This document shows, piece after piece, positions 16,368 to 24,620 of a stretch of DNA of 64,000 nt. The notes beneath the pieces were generated by a model. It was not told the origin of the DNA. It searched no databases and saw nothing but the letters and a program-made list of their open reading frames with translations. Both the position numbers and the translations under genes were made by a program. Origin of the DNA: Klebsiella phage vB_KaeM_KaOmega; sequence record MN013077.1. One strand, 5' to 3'. Position 1 is the first letter of the stretch, and each line of letters begins with the position of its first letter.

Positions 16368-16700
16368 ATGCAACAGACGAAATATTTTATTGAAGGAACA
16401 GCCGCCGCCCACGCCGGGCAGATCCGCGCCTGCCGCTACAATAAAGAAGAGAACCGCCGGGAATGGTTCGCCGGGTTCGATAGTGTGGATCGTGGCTATG
16501 CCGTGTTTAAGATCCTCCCTGGTCCCGGCGCTGTTAAGCTGGCTGACCTGGACCCCGTTTATATTGGTGGCGTTAAACAATGCCAAGATCGCGCCGTTAC
16601 CCTGCAACAGGCAGACCGCGCCGGGCGCTATGTCATTTATGATATGGCAACGGGCAAGCCGTACCAGGAAAGCACAAAATTAAATTACAAAAATATTTAA
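16368..16700 (+). CDS. cassette ORF, hypothetical protein
   Basis: 110 aa; strong SD; first ORF of the plus-strand array. Confidence 0.55.
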   Translation: MQQTKYFIEGTAAAHAGQIRACRYNKEENRREWFAGFDSVDRGYAVFKILPGPGAVKLADLDPVYIGGVKQCQDRAVTLQQADRAGRYVIYDMATGKPYQESTKLNYKNI

Positions 16701-16708
16701 AATAATGC

Positions 16709-16737
16709 TTGACGGGGCCGACGATAGGCCCCATAAT
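16709..16737 (+). promoter_or_regulatory. hairpin-spacer sigma70 promoter (TTGACG-GGGGCC gacgat GGCCCC-ATAAT)
   Basis: -35 TTGACG and -10 CATAAT 17 nt apart; spacer folds as a 6-bp GC hairpin. Archetype of about 20 copies. Confidence 0.65.
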
Positions 16738-16789
16738 TAACCACATAGCGACGCACACCGCGCCGCACTAACAAAGAGAGACCGTCATC

Positions 16790-17227
16790 ATGTTACATTC
16801 AATCAATAAAGAGCAAAAACTGTACGTCCTGAAGTGTGGCAACGGCTTTACCTGCTATGGGTTCGAAGTGCTGGACACAAACGCCCGCAAGGTTAAACAG
16901 TGGTTAGAATCTGAAGGTGCAACAGTCGAGGATCTCCCATATCGCAAGGGCACAAAGAAGCATTATAAAGCCTGTCAAGATATGATCGCCGCTGGTTGTG
17001 CTTATCATGCCAGAACGGGCAAACGCTGCCTTGCTGGACTCACCAAACAATTAAAGGGCCTGGAGGGTCGCCGGGTAGAGGTTGTCACCATGTACGGCGA
17101 AAAACGCCGCTTTATTGTGGGCCGTTCTACTGGCTGGATGCCTGCCCACTTAGAGATCGCCCGCGTCAACAGTAGCGGCGGCATGAGTGCAGAGCAGGAA
17201 TATAAATCTGTAACTATCGTAAAATAA
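16790..17227 (+). CDS. cassette ORF, hypothetical protein
   Basis: 145 aa; conserved TIR AAAGAGAGACCGTCATCATG. Confidence 0.55.
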   Translation: MLHSINKEQKLYVLKCGNGFTCYGFEVLDTNARKVKQWLESEGATVEDLPYRKGTKKHYKACQDMIAAGCAYHARTGKRCLAGLTKQLKGLEGRRVEVVTMYGEKRRFIVGRSTGWMPAHLEIARVNSSGGMSAEQEYKSVTIVK

Positions 17228-17230
17228 ACG

Positions 17231-17259
17231 TTGACACCGGGGCCACCTAGCCCCATAAT
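17231..17259 (+). promoter_or_regulatory. hairpin-spacer sigma70 promoter
   Basis: TTGACA-CCGGGGCC acctag CCCC-ATAAT. Confidence 0.6.
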
Positions 17260-17309
17260 ACAAACAAGCCCGGCAAATGGTGCCCGGCAAAATCAGAGAG
17301 TAAAAGAAA

Positions 17310-17531
17310 ATGGCTAAAGTAACCTATAAAAAATCACGTGGCGTTTCCTCTGTTAACCTGGCGGCGGTTGTAACCCTGCCCGCATACCGTACCCGTGACG
17401 AGGCGCGCGCCGTTGCCAGTAAGATCCGCGCCGCTGGCGTGACCCCGACAACGCCAACCAAAACGGCGGACGGCTGGCGAGTTACCGCAAAGCATAACGG
17501 CGGCACACTTTCCCGCAACACTCACCGCTAA
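17310..17531 (+). CDS. cassette ORF, hypothetical protein
   Basis: 73 aa; Ala/Thr-rich. Confidence 0.5.
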   Translation: MAKVTYKKSRGVSSVNLAAVVTLPAYRTRDEARAVASKIRAAGVTPTTPTKTADGWRVTAKHNGGTLSRNTHR

Positions 17532-17540
17532 CCAATTGCA

Positions 17541-17560
17541 GGCCCCCGGCGGGGGCCTTT
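17541..17560 (+). terminator. GC hairpin terminator (weak U-tract)
   Basis: GGCCCCC-GGC-GGGGGCC followed by TTTC. Confidence 0.45.
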
Positions 17561-17577
17561 CGTGTGGAGTCAGTAAC

Positions 17578-17922
17578 ATGACCAAACAGATCTACCATGT
17601 ACCGATCACGCCGCTTTTCCGTTGTCATATCTTTTATGACTGTAATGATCTTGCGGGGCAATGGATCGGCGATACCGATCAACAATATGATTTCCCGGAA
17701 TGGGACGAACTAAACCGCCGTGTAAGCAACGCCGCACACAATGCCGATCCTGATAGCCTGGCGGACGTGGAACACTTCCCCGGCGGGGCCGCTTGTTTTC
17801 CTTATATTGAGATCACCGCGCCAACGTGGGCGCTATGTAAAGCGATGGGCGACGCCGTGATCCGTTGCATCCTGGACAATGGCGGGATCGTCGAACCAAA
17901 AGACAACGGAATAAATATTTAA
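17578..17922 (+). CDS. cassette ORF, hypothetical protein
   Basis: ATG 17578 after GGAG (track ORF starts with TTG at 17536); 114 aa. Confidence 0.5.
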   Translation: MTKQIYHVPITPLFRCHIFYDCNDLAGQWIGDTDQQYDFPEWDELNRRVSNAAHNADPDSLADVEHFPGGAACFPYIEITAPTWALCKAMGDAVIRCILDNGGIVEPKDNGINI

Positions 17923-17941
17923 ATTATTTTCGTTTTAGGGG

Positions 17942-17970
17942 TTGACGCCCGGCGGCGTTACCCTCATAAT
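17942..17970 (+). promoter_or_regulatory. hairpin-spacer sigma70 promoter
   Basis: TTGACG-CCCGGCGGCG ttaccct-CATAAT. Confidence 0.55.
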
Positions 17971-18022
17971 GTATCACATAGGGCGACGGAATAACCCGCC
18001 GCCAAAACCAAAAGGTAACAGT

Positions 18023-18262
18023 ATGCAAACCGTAATGATTAGCCACCCGGATCACGCTTCAGACTTCTACGCCCCGATTTACGCGCCGCTTGAATGGCAA
18101 CGCGCCGGACTGCAAAAAACCGCCACGGGCTACGGCACAAAGATCCCGACGTCCTACATGTTGGACTATCAAGGCAAGCGCCGCCGGATCTACGTTGACC
18201 AGTACAGCAACAGCGGCCACACTTACATAATGATCAAAGGCGAAAAAATTACGGTCTGCTAA
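18023..18262 (+). CDS. cassette ORF, hypothetical protein
   Basis: ATG 18023 after AAAAGGTAACAGT (track ORF 17942 runs through the promoter); 79 aa. Confidence 0.5.
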   Translation: MQTVMISHPDHASDFYAPIYAPLEWQRAGLQKTATGYGTKIPTSYMLDYQGKRRRIYVDQYSNSGHTYIMIKGEKITVC

Positions 18263-18271
18263 AAATAATTG

Positions 18272-18301
18272 TTGACCAGGGGCCGGGTTAGGCCCCATAA
18301 T
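18272..18301 (+). promoter_or_regulatory. hairpin-spacer sigma70 promoter
   Basis: TTGACC-AGGGGCC gggtta GGCCCC-ATAAT. Confidence 0.6.
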
Positions 18302-18333
18302 ACCAGACATACCAAACAAACGAGGCTTTAAAA

Positions 18334-18564
18334 ATGAATCTGACTACTATCGGCGCTAACCAAACTATGATCACCCTGGCAAATGGCGCACAGGTTTTCT
18401 TTTCCTACAATACCCCGGTTGCGGCATACCTGCCCGGCGAGGGCTACTTGGTGACCGCCACAAAGCACAGCGCCACCACCTCAAAGCATGTTAACGCTTG
18501 GGCTGGCAAAGGTTGCGAGACCCGCCCACAGGAATTTTTTGATAATCTGATTAAATCCGCTTGA
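18334..18564 (+). CDS. cassette ORF, hypothetical protein
   Basis: 76 aa. Confidence 0.5.
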   Translation: MNLTTIGANQTMITLANGAQVFFSYNTPVAAYLPGEGYLVTATKHSATTSKHVNAWAGKGCETRPQEFFDNLIKSA

Positions 18565-18590
18565 CGTTGGTTTATGCTGGGGTATATAAT
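18561..18590 (+). promoter_or_regulatory. sigma70 promoter TTGACG-N18-TATAAT
   Basis: TTGACGTTGGTTTATGCTGGGGTATATAAT. Confidence 0.55.
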
Positions 18591-18642
18591 CCCCGGCATA
18601 GGCAAGCGAAAGCAAACAACCAAACCGAAAGGATAGTAAACG

Positions 18643-19023
18643 ATGAACATTATCAACACTGTAAACGCTAACGAAATCAAAGAAATTTCCGTAACTGGTA
18701 AACGTTGGTTCCAACGTAGCGCCGGGAACACTTACCACAGTGTAAGCCTGGCGGCGCTGGTATCCGTAGAAGTGGCGGACCGTTTAGGCGCTAACCAATA
18801 CGGAAACAAGTCCGGCGACGTGTGGATCGACCTGGCTTATGTTGGTTTCGCTTATGGGTATGAGCGCGGATTTGAACAAACCGCATTAAGTGCAATGATC
18901 GAGGCGGTGAAGGATTCCCCGGCGGCGTGGCGTAAAATGGTTTACGCTTGCCAGGCGGCGGCGGATCTGGGGGTTGTTTACACTGATAACGTTTACGACG
19001 TAAGCCGCAAAAAAGATTTATAA
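18643..19023 (+). CDS. cassette ORF, hypothetical protein
   Basis: 126 aa; SD AAAGGATAG. Confidence 0.55.
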   Translation: MNIINTVNANEIKEISVTGKRWFQRSAGNTYHSVSLAALVSVEVADRLGANQYGNKSGDVWIDLAYVGFAYGYERGFEQTALSAMIEAVKDSPAAWRKMVYACQAAADLGVVYTDNVYDVSRKKDL

Positions 19024-19029
19024 TTGTGG

Positions 19030-19059
19030 TTGACACGGGGCCGGGTTAGGCCCCATAAT
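19030..19059 (+). promoter_or_regulatory. hairpin-spacer sigma70 promoter
   Basis: TTGACA-CGGGGCC gggtta GGCCCC-ATAAT. Confidence 0.6.
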
Positions 19060-19091
19060 ACCCGCACACCAACAGAAAAGAGATTCACACC

Positions 19092-19301
19092 ATGATCAAC
19101 GAACAGCAAGTAAACGACGTTAAACATGAGGCTTACCAGGTGGCGATCCGTAGCGGTTCCCGCGCCGCCTTTAATCTGGTTGTTGAGTTGTACCCAGAGC
19201 AGGCGCAAAATATCTTGATGCAGGTATCCGTTTTACTGGAGGCGACAAAGCACACCAAATTAAGCGCCGGGATCGACCGCCTCGCAAATAGTTTAAAATA
19301 G
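19092..19301 (+). CDS. cassette ORF, hypothetical protein
   Basis: 69 aa. Confidence 0.5.
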   Translation: MINEQQVNDVKHEAYQVAIRSGSRAAFNLVVELYPEQAQNILMQVSVLLEATKHTKLSAGIDRLANSLK

Positions 19302-19304
19302 TTG

Positions 19305-19333
19305 TTGACATCGGGGCCACCCGGCCCCATAAT
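19305..19333 (+). promoter_or_regulatory. hairpin-spacer sigma70 promoter
   Basis: TTGACA-TCGGGGCC accc GGCCCC-ATAAT. Confidence 0.6.
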
Positions 19334-19383
19334 CTGATACATAGCGACGCACAACGCGCCGCACAAAATAGAGAGACCGTAAA

Positions 19384-19749
19384 ATGACTACTTCCACCAA
19401 AAACACCGCCGCTACTGCCGCCGTTCGCGCTTACGTTGTATCTGTTATCGACTTTGAAGGCACCGACGCCGAAAAGCTGAAATTTTTCTTTGATACCCTG
19501 CAATCTGAATACGGGCACGAGGTTAGCCGCTTGGGTCCACAACGCGCCATCACGGAATATCTTCGCGGCCTGCCGTCGTCAATCAATCATGCTTTTATGA
19601 ATCATGAGATCCTTGATCTTTTGTCTGAATGGGGTTACATTCATTTCCACACCACAGCAGCCCAGGAAGAATGGGAGTTAGATCAGTATTGGACACGTTT
19701 GGCGGGTTCTCTGATTATTCAGGCACGTAAGCACGGGGTGATTGAATGA
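19384..19749 (+). CDS. cassette ORF, hypothetical protein
   Basis: 121 aa; TIR AGAGAGACCGTAAAATG. Confidence 0.55.
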   Translation: MTTSTKNTAATAAVRAYVVSVIDFEGTDAEKLKFFFDTLQSEYGHEVSRLGPQRAITEYLRGLPSSINHAFMNHEILDLLSEWGYIHFHTTAAQEEWELDQYWTRLAGSLIIQARKHGVIE

Positions 19750-20060
19750 TTACAGTTCTAACCTTGATCGGGTTAGCGGCGGCGGCGCTGTACTGCGTCG
19801 CCACTTACAAGGCGTCAGTTTGGCGGAAGGGTCAAAAAATGTACGGCTATTTTGAATATGAGTACAAAGGGGAGAAGGGATCAAGCCGGGACTATGGCGC
19901 GATGTTAGAGATCGATATGGTTGGCGCTATGAATTATCGCCAGGAGTTAGGCGCGGCGATCACTTATGAAGTTTATGATCCCTCAGAAGAGAAGATCGGG
20001 GAGATAATTGATCAACGTTACTATATGGAACAGCAACAAAACAAACGCCGGAGAAAATGA
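19746..20060 (+). CDS. hypothetical protein with N-terminal TM helix
   Basis: 104 aa; ATGA overlap; MITVLTLIGLAAAALYCVATY is hydrophobic. Confidence 0.5.
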   Translation: MITVLTLIGLAAAALYCVATYKASVWRKGQKMYGYFEYEYKGEKGSSRDYGAMLEIDMVGAMNYRQELGAAITYEVYDPSEEKIGEIIDQRYYMEQQQNKRRRK

Positions 20061-20197
20061 GAATGATTCACACTAATATTAACCGCGATAAACAACCGCG
20101 CCGCGCCCGTCTCTCATATGCTGAAGCAGGCGAGCGCCTGCAACGTGAGAAGGCCAACAAACAACAGCGCCGTAAAACGCGCTATAACTGGGAGTAA
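20057..20197 (+). CDS. putative 46-aa basic peptide
   Basis: ATGA overlap; Arg/Lys-rich (QPRRARLSYAEAGERLQREKANKQQRRKTRYNWE); precedes a terminator. Confidence 0.3.
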   Translation: MRMIHTNINRDKQPRRARLSYAEAGERLQREKANKQQRRKTRYNWE

Positions 20198-20243
20198 CCG
20201 CCCCCGGCATGGAAACACCAGGCCAAACCGTTTAAACCGCACA

Positions 20244-20269
20244 GGGGGCCGCTTAGGCCCCTTATTTTT
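20244..20269 (+). terminator. rho-independent terminator
   Basis: GGGGCC-gctta-GGCCCC followed by TTATTTTTG. Confidence 0.65.
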
Positions 20270-20286
20270 GATCTACGGGGTACACA

Positions 20287-20514
20287 ATGCAAAACCTTTA
20301 CAGCATGACCGAATTTATCCGATTGTTAGCAGGTCGCCCGATGGGGTTTACCTGCCTTTACCTGGTAACCGACGGCAAAGGCTATCGTATAACGTCCAAA
20401 TCATTAGCCGCCATTGCAGCGCGGGAAGGGGTGAAGATCTCCACCTCCCAGGCGCTGATTGTGGACCCGGCGACCGTGGCGACGATTGAGGCGATCCGGG
20501 TTACCGTAAAATAA
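20287..20514 (+). CDS. hypothetical protein
   Basis: 75 aa; no cassette promoter directly upstream. Confidence 0.4.
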   Translation: MQNLYSMTEFIRLLAGRPMGFTCLYLVTDGKGYRITSKSLAAIAAREGVKISTSQALIVDPATVATIEAIRVTVK

Positions 20515-20538
20515 TTTAAAATATTTTCATCCTGGGGC

Positions 20539-20567
20539 TTGACGTCCGGCCCCGGTTCCCCCATAAT
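20539..20567 (+). promoter_or_regulatory. hairpin-spacer sigma70 promoter
   Basis: TTGACG-TCCGGCCCCGGTTCCCC-CATAAT. Confidence 0.55.
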
Positions 20568-20617
20568 CTAACCCATAGCGACGCACACCGCGCCGCACAA
20601 ACAAAAGAGAGACCGTT

Positions 20618-21034
20618 ATGACTTCCCCAATTTTCCGTATCAAATCAGGCTTATCGGCTTACGCATTATCTTGCGGTTACTTCCAGCGTATCGAGTCAGA
20701 GATCACCGGGGAAGATATCCGGGTTGACCTTTGGCATGAGTCGGGCCACTTCCACGCCCGCGCCCACAATTTTACAACCTCCACTCGGATCGAATGGGTA
20801 ACAGAAAGTAACCTTGACGACGCCCGCACACAATGGGCCGCGCTTGTCAAACAAATTTTTGGCGACGTGATCCGCACCATTAAAAAGGATAAGCGCTACA
20901 CCGTAAACCGTGAGTTTGCCGGAGAGTCATCACCCGCTTATGTGACCCGCTTTTGTGGCGAATGGGTATCAAACAGCGATACCGCGCCCGGCGCATGGGT
21001 AAAAGCCGCCGAACACAACGCCGAAAGAATTTAA
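20618..21034 (+). CDS. cassette ORF, hypothetical protein
   Basis: 138 aa; TIR AAAAGAGAGACCGTTATG. Confidence 0.55.
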   Translation: MTSPIFRIKSGLSAYALSCGYFQRIESEITGEDIRVDLWHESGHFHARAHNFTTSTRIEWVTESNLDDARTQWAALVKQIFGDVIRTIKKDKRYTVNREFAGESSPAYVTRFCGEWVSNSDTAPGAWVKAAEHNAERI

Positions 21035-21043
21035 AAATAATTG

Positions 21044-21072
21044 TTGACGGGGCCGACGATAGGCCCCATAAT
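21044..21072 (+). promoter_or_regulatory. hairpin-spacer sigma70 promoter (identical core to 16709)
   Basis: TTGACG-GGGCC gacgat AGGCCCC-ATAAT. Confidence 0.65.
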
Positions 21073-21103
21073 ACCCACAGATAAGCAAACCGGAGTTAGA
21101 CCA

Positions 21104-21256
21104 ATGAAACATTATCTTGTAAACATTCCTGGCGTGGCTGGCCCGCTTAAAGTTTTCGGCTATGATGAACAGGACGCAAGAAAGCGCCTACGTGATCGGG
21201 AAGGTTTCGGATCACGCCTCCCACGGGGCACAAAATTTTATTTGCAAAACGCTTGA
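21104..21256 (+). CDS. cassette ORF, 50-aa hypothetical protein
   Basis: ATG 21104 (MKHYLVNIPG...) after GGAG; track ORF 21041 starts inside the promoter. Confidence 0.45.
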   Translation: MKHYLVNIPGVAGPLKVFGYDEQDARKRLRDREGFGSRLPRGTKFYLQNA

Positions 21257-21282
21257 CGTGTGGTTATGCCGTCCCTTACAAT
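21253..21282 (+). promoter_or_regulatory. sigma70 promoter TTGACG-N18-TACAAT with hairpin GCCGTC..GACGGC
   Basis: TTGACGTGTGGTTATGCCGTCCCTTACAATGACGGCAT. Confidence 0.5.
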
Positions 21283-21334
21283 GACGGCATAGACAAACGA
21301 AAGCAAACCAGACAACCAAACGAGGGTTACAATT

Positions 21335-21586
21335 ATGTTTGAAGTATTCGCCGGAATGTGTTTTTATGCTGCCGCCGCTTTAAAACAGTGTGATGATTAC
21401 ACCGTTGAAGCATACGATGATCAATTAACGTGTGAGATCGTCGCCAATGGCTACCGTCAGGACCCGCGCTGGATTAACCCGGCTTGCATACCGGGGCCGG
21501 AAGTGGAAGCAATGCCGGAGGGTGATCCGTGGCTTGAACCTGTACCGCCTGCCGATCATTTCAATGTTAACCCGGCACAAAAATAA
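21335..21586 (+). CDS. cassette ORF, hypothetical protein
   Basis: 83 aa. Confidence 0.5.
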   Translation: MFEVFAGMCFYAAAALKQCDDYTVEAYDDQLTCEIVANGYRQDPRWINPACIPGPEVEAMPEGDPWLEPVPPADHFNVNPAQK

Positions 21587-21589
21587 TTG

Positions 21590-21617
21590 TTGACGTGTGG
21601 TTATAGGTCTGTATAAT
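21590..21617 (+). promoter_or_regulatory. sigma70 promoter TTGACG-N16-TATAAT
   Basis: TTGACGTGTGGTTATAGGTCTGTATAAT. Confidence 0.55.
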
Positions 21618-21660
21618 GCGGACCTATAGACAAACGAAACGCCACCAAACGAGGCACAAA

Positions 21661-22020
21661 ATGAAATCATACGCTGAAGCTATCGCCACCCGTCCCGATC
21701 TCCTGGTAAAGGGTGATCTATTCCTTACGCTGGAGACTTTCGATTTTTCCCGTGATATCAACGGCAATACGATCAACAAATATCGCGCCGCGCTTGTCTC
21801 AGGCGACGAACAAAGCGTTTTAAACTGGTACGCCGCCGCCAATGAGCTGGAGATCCTCAAATCACCTTATCGCCGTGAACAGTCCCATAATGACGGCGCA
21901 AGCGCCGCCCTTTATCGCTTGGGCTTGCTGGGGTACGAACTGGAATACATTACCACACAATACGGCCCCGGCAAGCGCCGCGCCTATCGAATTTTCTACC
22001 GTGTAAAGAATGCAAAATAA
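21661..22020 (+). CDS. cassette ORF, hypothetical protein
   Basis: ATG 21661 after AACGAGGCACAAA (track ORF 21616 over-extended); 119 aa. Confidence 0.5.
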   Translation: MKSYAEAIATRPDLLVKGDLFLTLETFDFSRDINGNTINKYRAALVSGDEQSVLNWYAAANELEILKSPYRREQSHNDGASAALYRLGLLGYELEYITTQYGPGKRRAYRIFYRVKNAK

Positions 22021-22023
22021 GTA

Positions 22024-22052
22024 TTGACCAGGGGCCGGAAAGGCCCCATAAT
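22024..22052 (+). promoter_or_regulatory. hairpin-spacer sigma70 promoter
   Basis: TTGACC-AGGGGCC ggaa AGGCCCC-ATAAT. Confidence 0.6.
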
Positions 22053-22088
22053 ACCAGACATACCCAAACAGGCATAAGAGGCCACAAA

Positions 22089-22268
22089 ATGAAATCATCT
22101 TTACTTTTCGCCCTGGTTGACATCGTGATCGGCAACGGTTGCGGGCAACATACTTTCATAGCTAACCGCCCCTATCCGCTGAAGTCATTGCAGGCCGACG
22201 CCCGCCTAACCGCCGGGCAGATCCGCCGCTACTTTCGTGAACCACACCCGGCAAAAAGTGCAAAATAA
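22089..22268 (+). CDS. cassette ORF, 59-aa hypothetical protein
   Basis: ATG 22089 after TAAGAGGCCACAAA; below the track cutoff. Confidence 0.4.
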   Translation: MKSSLLFALVDIVIGNGCGQHTFIANRPYPLKSLQADARLTAGQIRRYFREPHPAKSAK

Positions 22269-22271
22269 TTG

Positions 22272-22301
22272 TTGACGCCGGGCACCGTCCCGGCTTACAA
22301 T
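22272..22301 (+). promoter_or_regulatory. hairpin-spacer sigma70 promoter (TACAAT -10)
   Basis: TTGACG-CCGGGCACCGTCCCGGCT-TACAAT. Confidence 0.55.
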
Positions 22302-22330
22302 GACCTCACACAAACAAACGAGGCTATAAC

Positions 22331-22627
22331 ATGCAACAGGCTAACACTCTTTTCATTCTGGCAAACGTAGCGGATCACGTCGTGGCTTCATTGTCTAACG
22401 TGGCGGGCACCGTCCAGATCATTTGCCGCCATATGGATGACAAAGCGCCGAACCGCTTACAAATCAACGTAGACCGCGCCGGGAAAGAATTTGTGATCTC
22501 TTATGACGCTATCTACAACGGCAAGCGGATCACGCAAGCAAAAAGCCAGCCTATCCCCGGCGATTTTGTCCAGGACGTGATCGCCGATATCGTAAACGAC
22601 ACGATCCCAGCGGGGGCCGCTGTATGA
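22331..22627 (+). CDS. cassette ORF, hypothetical protein
   Basis: 98 aa. Confidence 0.5.
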   Translation: MQQANTLFILANVADHVVASLSNVAGTVQIICRHMDDKAPNRLQINVDRAGKEFVISYDAIYNGKRITQAKSQPIPGDFVQDVIADIVNDTIPAGAAV

Positions 22628-22779
22628 ATCCGCATAAACTTTTAATCACCAGCTACACCAGCAAGGCGGATCGCCGTGAAACTTTGGACCGCTTAACCCG
22701 CTATTATCAGGAGGCCGGGCACAATAAGACAACCGCCCGCGCCCTGGCTAAAAAACGTTTACGTTTTGGTAAAAATTAG
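22624..22779 (+). CDS. putative 51-aa basic protein
   Basis: ATGA overlap; MNPHKLLITSYTSKADRRETLDRLTRYY... Confidence 0.3.
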   Translation: MNPHKLLITSYTSKADRRETLDRLTRYYQEAGHNKTTARALAKKRLRFGKN

Positions 22780-22780
22780 C

Positions 22781-22809
22781 TTGACGCCCGGCCCGAAAGG
22801 GCCGATAAT
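22781..22809 (+). promoter_or_regulatory. hairpin-spacer sigma70 promoter (GATAAT -10)
   Basis: TTGACG-CCCGGCCC gaaa GGGCC-GATAAT. Confidence 0.6.
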
Positions 22810-22861
22810 CTCTCACATAGGGCGGGGAATGGTTCCCCGCATTATCTAAGAGGTTATGAAC

Positions 22862-23014
22862 ATGTTTACTTTGATGACTTGGGAACACGAATCAAGCGCC
22901 CCGATCCGCCGGACCTTTGAAAACTTATGCGCTGCTTATCGCCTGGCGCAAGGCGGTTACTATAAAGCCCAAATCATCGACGAAAACAATATTGTAATGT
23001 ACGAATTTAAATGA
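22862..23014 (+). CDS. cassette ORF, 50-aa hypothetical protein
   Basis: ATG 22862 with TAAGAGG SD 8 nt upstream; the leader holds the CATAGGGCGGGGAATGGTTCCCCGC hairpin. Confidence 0.4.
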   Translation: MFTLMTWEHESSAPIRRTFENLCAAYRLAQGGYYKAQIIDENNIVMYEFK

Positions 23015-23043
23015 TTGACATCCGGCCCGAAAGGGCCGATAAT
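23015..23043 (+). promoter_or_regulatory. hairpin-spacer sigma70 promoter (GATAAT -10)
   Basis: TTGACA-TCCGGCCC gaaa GGGCC-GATAAT. Confidence 0.6.
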
Positions 23044-23076
23044 GACCCCCACACCAAACAAAAGAGAGACCGTAAA

Positions 23077-23283
23077 ATGATTACTATGATTCTGCAAAAG
23101 TCCCGCCTGATTGATGTTACCGTCACCCTGTCCGCTTGCGGTGAATCATCCCGCCGGGCCGATCATTACCAGGTTACCGCTGTAAGCGACAACGGCGCGA
23201 TCCTGCTGTCTGAGGCGACCCCCGCGCTACATGAGGCATTTTTGACTTATTCGAAGTGGAAAGGGCCGGAAGAAATAAAATAA
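23077..23283 (+). CDS. cassette ORF, hypothetical protein
   Basis: ATG 23077 after AAAAGAGAGACCGTAAA; 68 aa. Confidence 0.5.
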   Translation: MITMILQKSRLIDVTVTLSACGESSRRADHYQVTAVSDNGAILLSEATPALHEAFLTYSKWKGPEEIK

Positions 23284-23290
23284 AAAGTAG

Positions 23291-23319
23291 TTGACGGCGG
23301 GGCCGATAGGCCCCATAAT
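23291..23319 (+). promoter_or_regulatory. hairpin-spacer sigma70 promoter
   Basis: TTGACG-GCGGGGCC gat AGGCCCC-ATAAT. Confidence 0.6.
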
Positions 23320-23353
23320 ACCACCACACCAAACGAATAAAGAGAATCACAAA

Positions 23354-23608
23354 ATGTTAAAATTCATCAAATCACTTTTCACCCGTACCGCCCCGGCTTG
23401 CAAGTTGCCACCCCTGGAGGCGAAAGGTGTGATCGCTCGCAAAGTCTCAGAATTGTTTATCATTTCATTGGTTCACAATGGCGGCGACTGTTACGAAATC
23501 ATCGAAATGGGCCGCTACACTAAAACAGGATCAAGCCGTGTCCGCTACGGTGAACACCGCGCCCGGAATCATTTTGATTCTGTATGCTGTATGGTCGGTG
23601 CAAAATAA
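23354..23608 (+). CDS. cassette ORF, hypothetical protein
   Basis: ATG 23354 (MLKFIKSLF...); 84 aa. Confidence 0.5.
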   Translation: MLKFIKSLFTRTAPACKLPPLEAKGVIARKVSELFIISLVHNGGDCYEIIEMGRYTKTGSSRVRYGEHRARNHFDSVCCMVGAK

Positions 23609-23611
23609 ACC

Positions 23612-23640
23612 TTGACGGGGCCAACGTTAGGCCCCATAAT
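23612..23640 (+). promoter_or_regulatory. hairpin-spacer sigma70 promoter
   Basis: TTGACG-GGGCC aacgtt AGGCCCC-ATAAT. Confidence 0.6.
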
Positions 23641-23690
23641 GTATCACACAGGGCGACACAACGCCGCCCACAAACAAAAGGCAGACCGTT

Positions 23691-24053
23691 ATGATCTTCA
23701 ATATCACCGAACTGAAAAAGAAAATGTCAGAGATGCTCTTCAATATTAGTGAATACGGGCACCCGTCCTACACTATCTTTGAGGCTGTTTTGTCAAAGTG
23801 CCAAAAGTTCGAATTAGTGATCGAGGTTGTACCGGGTCGCCTCCTGAAGTTGGGATCTGGCAAGTGGGGTTATAAACTTGATGCCTACGTCCAACAGTTA
23901 GCCGCCGGGGCCGATCCTATGGCAGATGATTATTGCGATGATGCCGACACTATCGCAAGCGTGGACGGTGAATATTGCCGGACAAAGGCGGCGCTTTTTG
24001 AAGCGATCAGCGAAGTTATCAACGAAGCAAAAGAAAACGTAATAACACGATAA
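23691..24053 (+). CDS. cassette ORF, hypothetical acidic protein
   Basis: 120 aa; TIR AAAAGGCAGACCGTTATG. Confidence 0.55.
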   Translation: MIFNITELKKKMSEMLFNISEYGHPSYTIFEAVLSKCQKFELVIEVVPGRLLKLGSGKWGYKLDAYVQQLAAGADPMADDYCDDADTIASVDGEYCRTKAALFEAISEVINEAKENVITR

Positions 24054-24067
24054 GCTAAAAAGAATTG

Positions 24068-24097
24068 TTGACGCCGGGAAGCGTTACGGGTTATACT
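24068..24097 (+). promoter_or_regulatory. sigma70 promoter TTGACG-N18-TATACT
   Basis: TTGACGCCGGGAAGCGTTACGGGTTATACT. Confidence 0.45.
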
Positions 24098-24145
24098 CTT
24101 TTCATCGGGTCACAACAGACCACAACAAACAAAGAGAGAAACAAA

Positions 24146-24223
24146 ATGAGCGTAATCTTCCTAGTATCTGTTTTCGTAGCTATTGCATCTTCTACCGCAA
24201 TTTGTATCAAACTGGGATACTAA
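24146..24223 (+). CDS. putative 25-aa hydrophobic peptide
   Basis: Own promoter and AAAGAGAGAAACAAA SD; MSVIFLVSVFVAIASSTAICIKLGY. Confidence 0.3.
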   Translation: MSVIFLVSVFVAIASSTAICIKLGY

Positions 24224-24227
24224 TTAA

Positions 24228-24620
24228 ATGACTACTTTCAACGTTTTACACTTAAACGCTTTTATCGCGGGTTACATTGAGGCAATGTTTTTTGCAGAGT
24301 CCGCCACCGATAGCGACGGCGAAGAGATCGAAAGTTTAGCCGGGTATGAGTTAAGCGCTGAAGCCCTGGACGCTGCCCGCATGGATTGTGCCCGCTTTAT
24401 GGACGTTGCGCCTCTGTTACTCAAAGGGGCAATGCTGGCAGGGGTTGACTATGACCACACCCAGGCGGGCCGGGATCTATGGTTTAGCCGTCAAGGGCAC
24501 GGCGTAGGATTCTGGGATCGCGGACTTGGGGCGATCGGTGATAAACTCCACGACGTGGCGAAGACTTTCGGATCAAAAAATCTGTTTATCAATGATGCCG
24601 GATTTATTGAGGTAGAATAA
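24228..24620 (+). CDS. hypothetical protein
   Basis: 130 aa. Confidence 0.5.
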   Translation: MTTFNVLHLNAFIAGYIEAMFFAESATDSDGEEIESLAGYELSAEALDAARMDCARFMDVAPLLLKGAMLAGVDYDHTQAGRDLWFSRQGHGVGFWDRGLGAIGDKLHDVAKTFGSKNLFINDAGFIEVE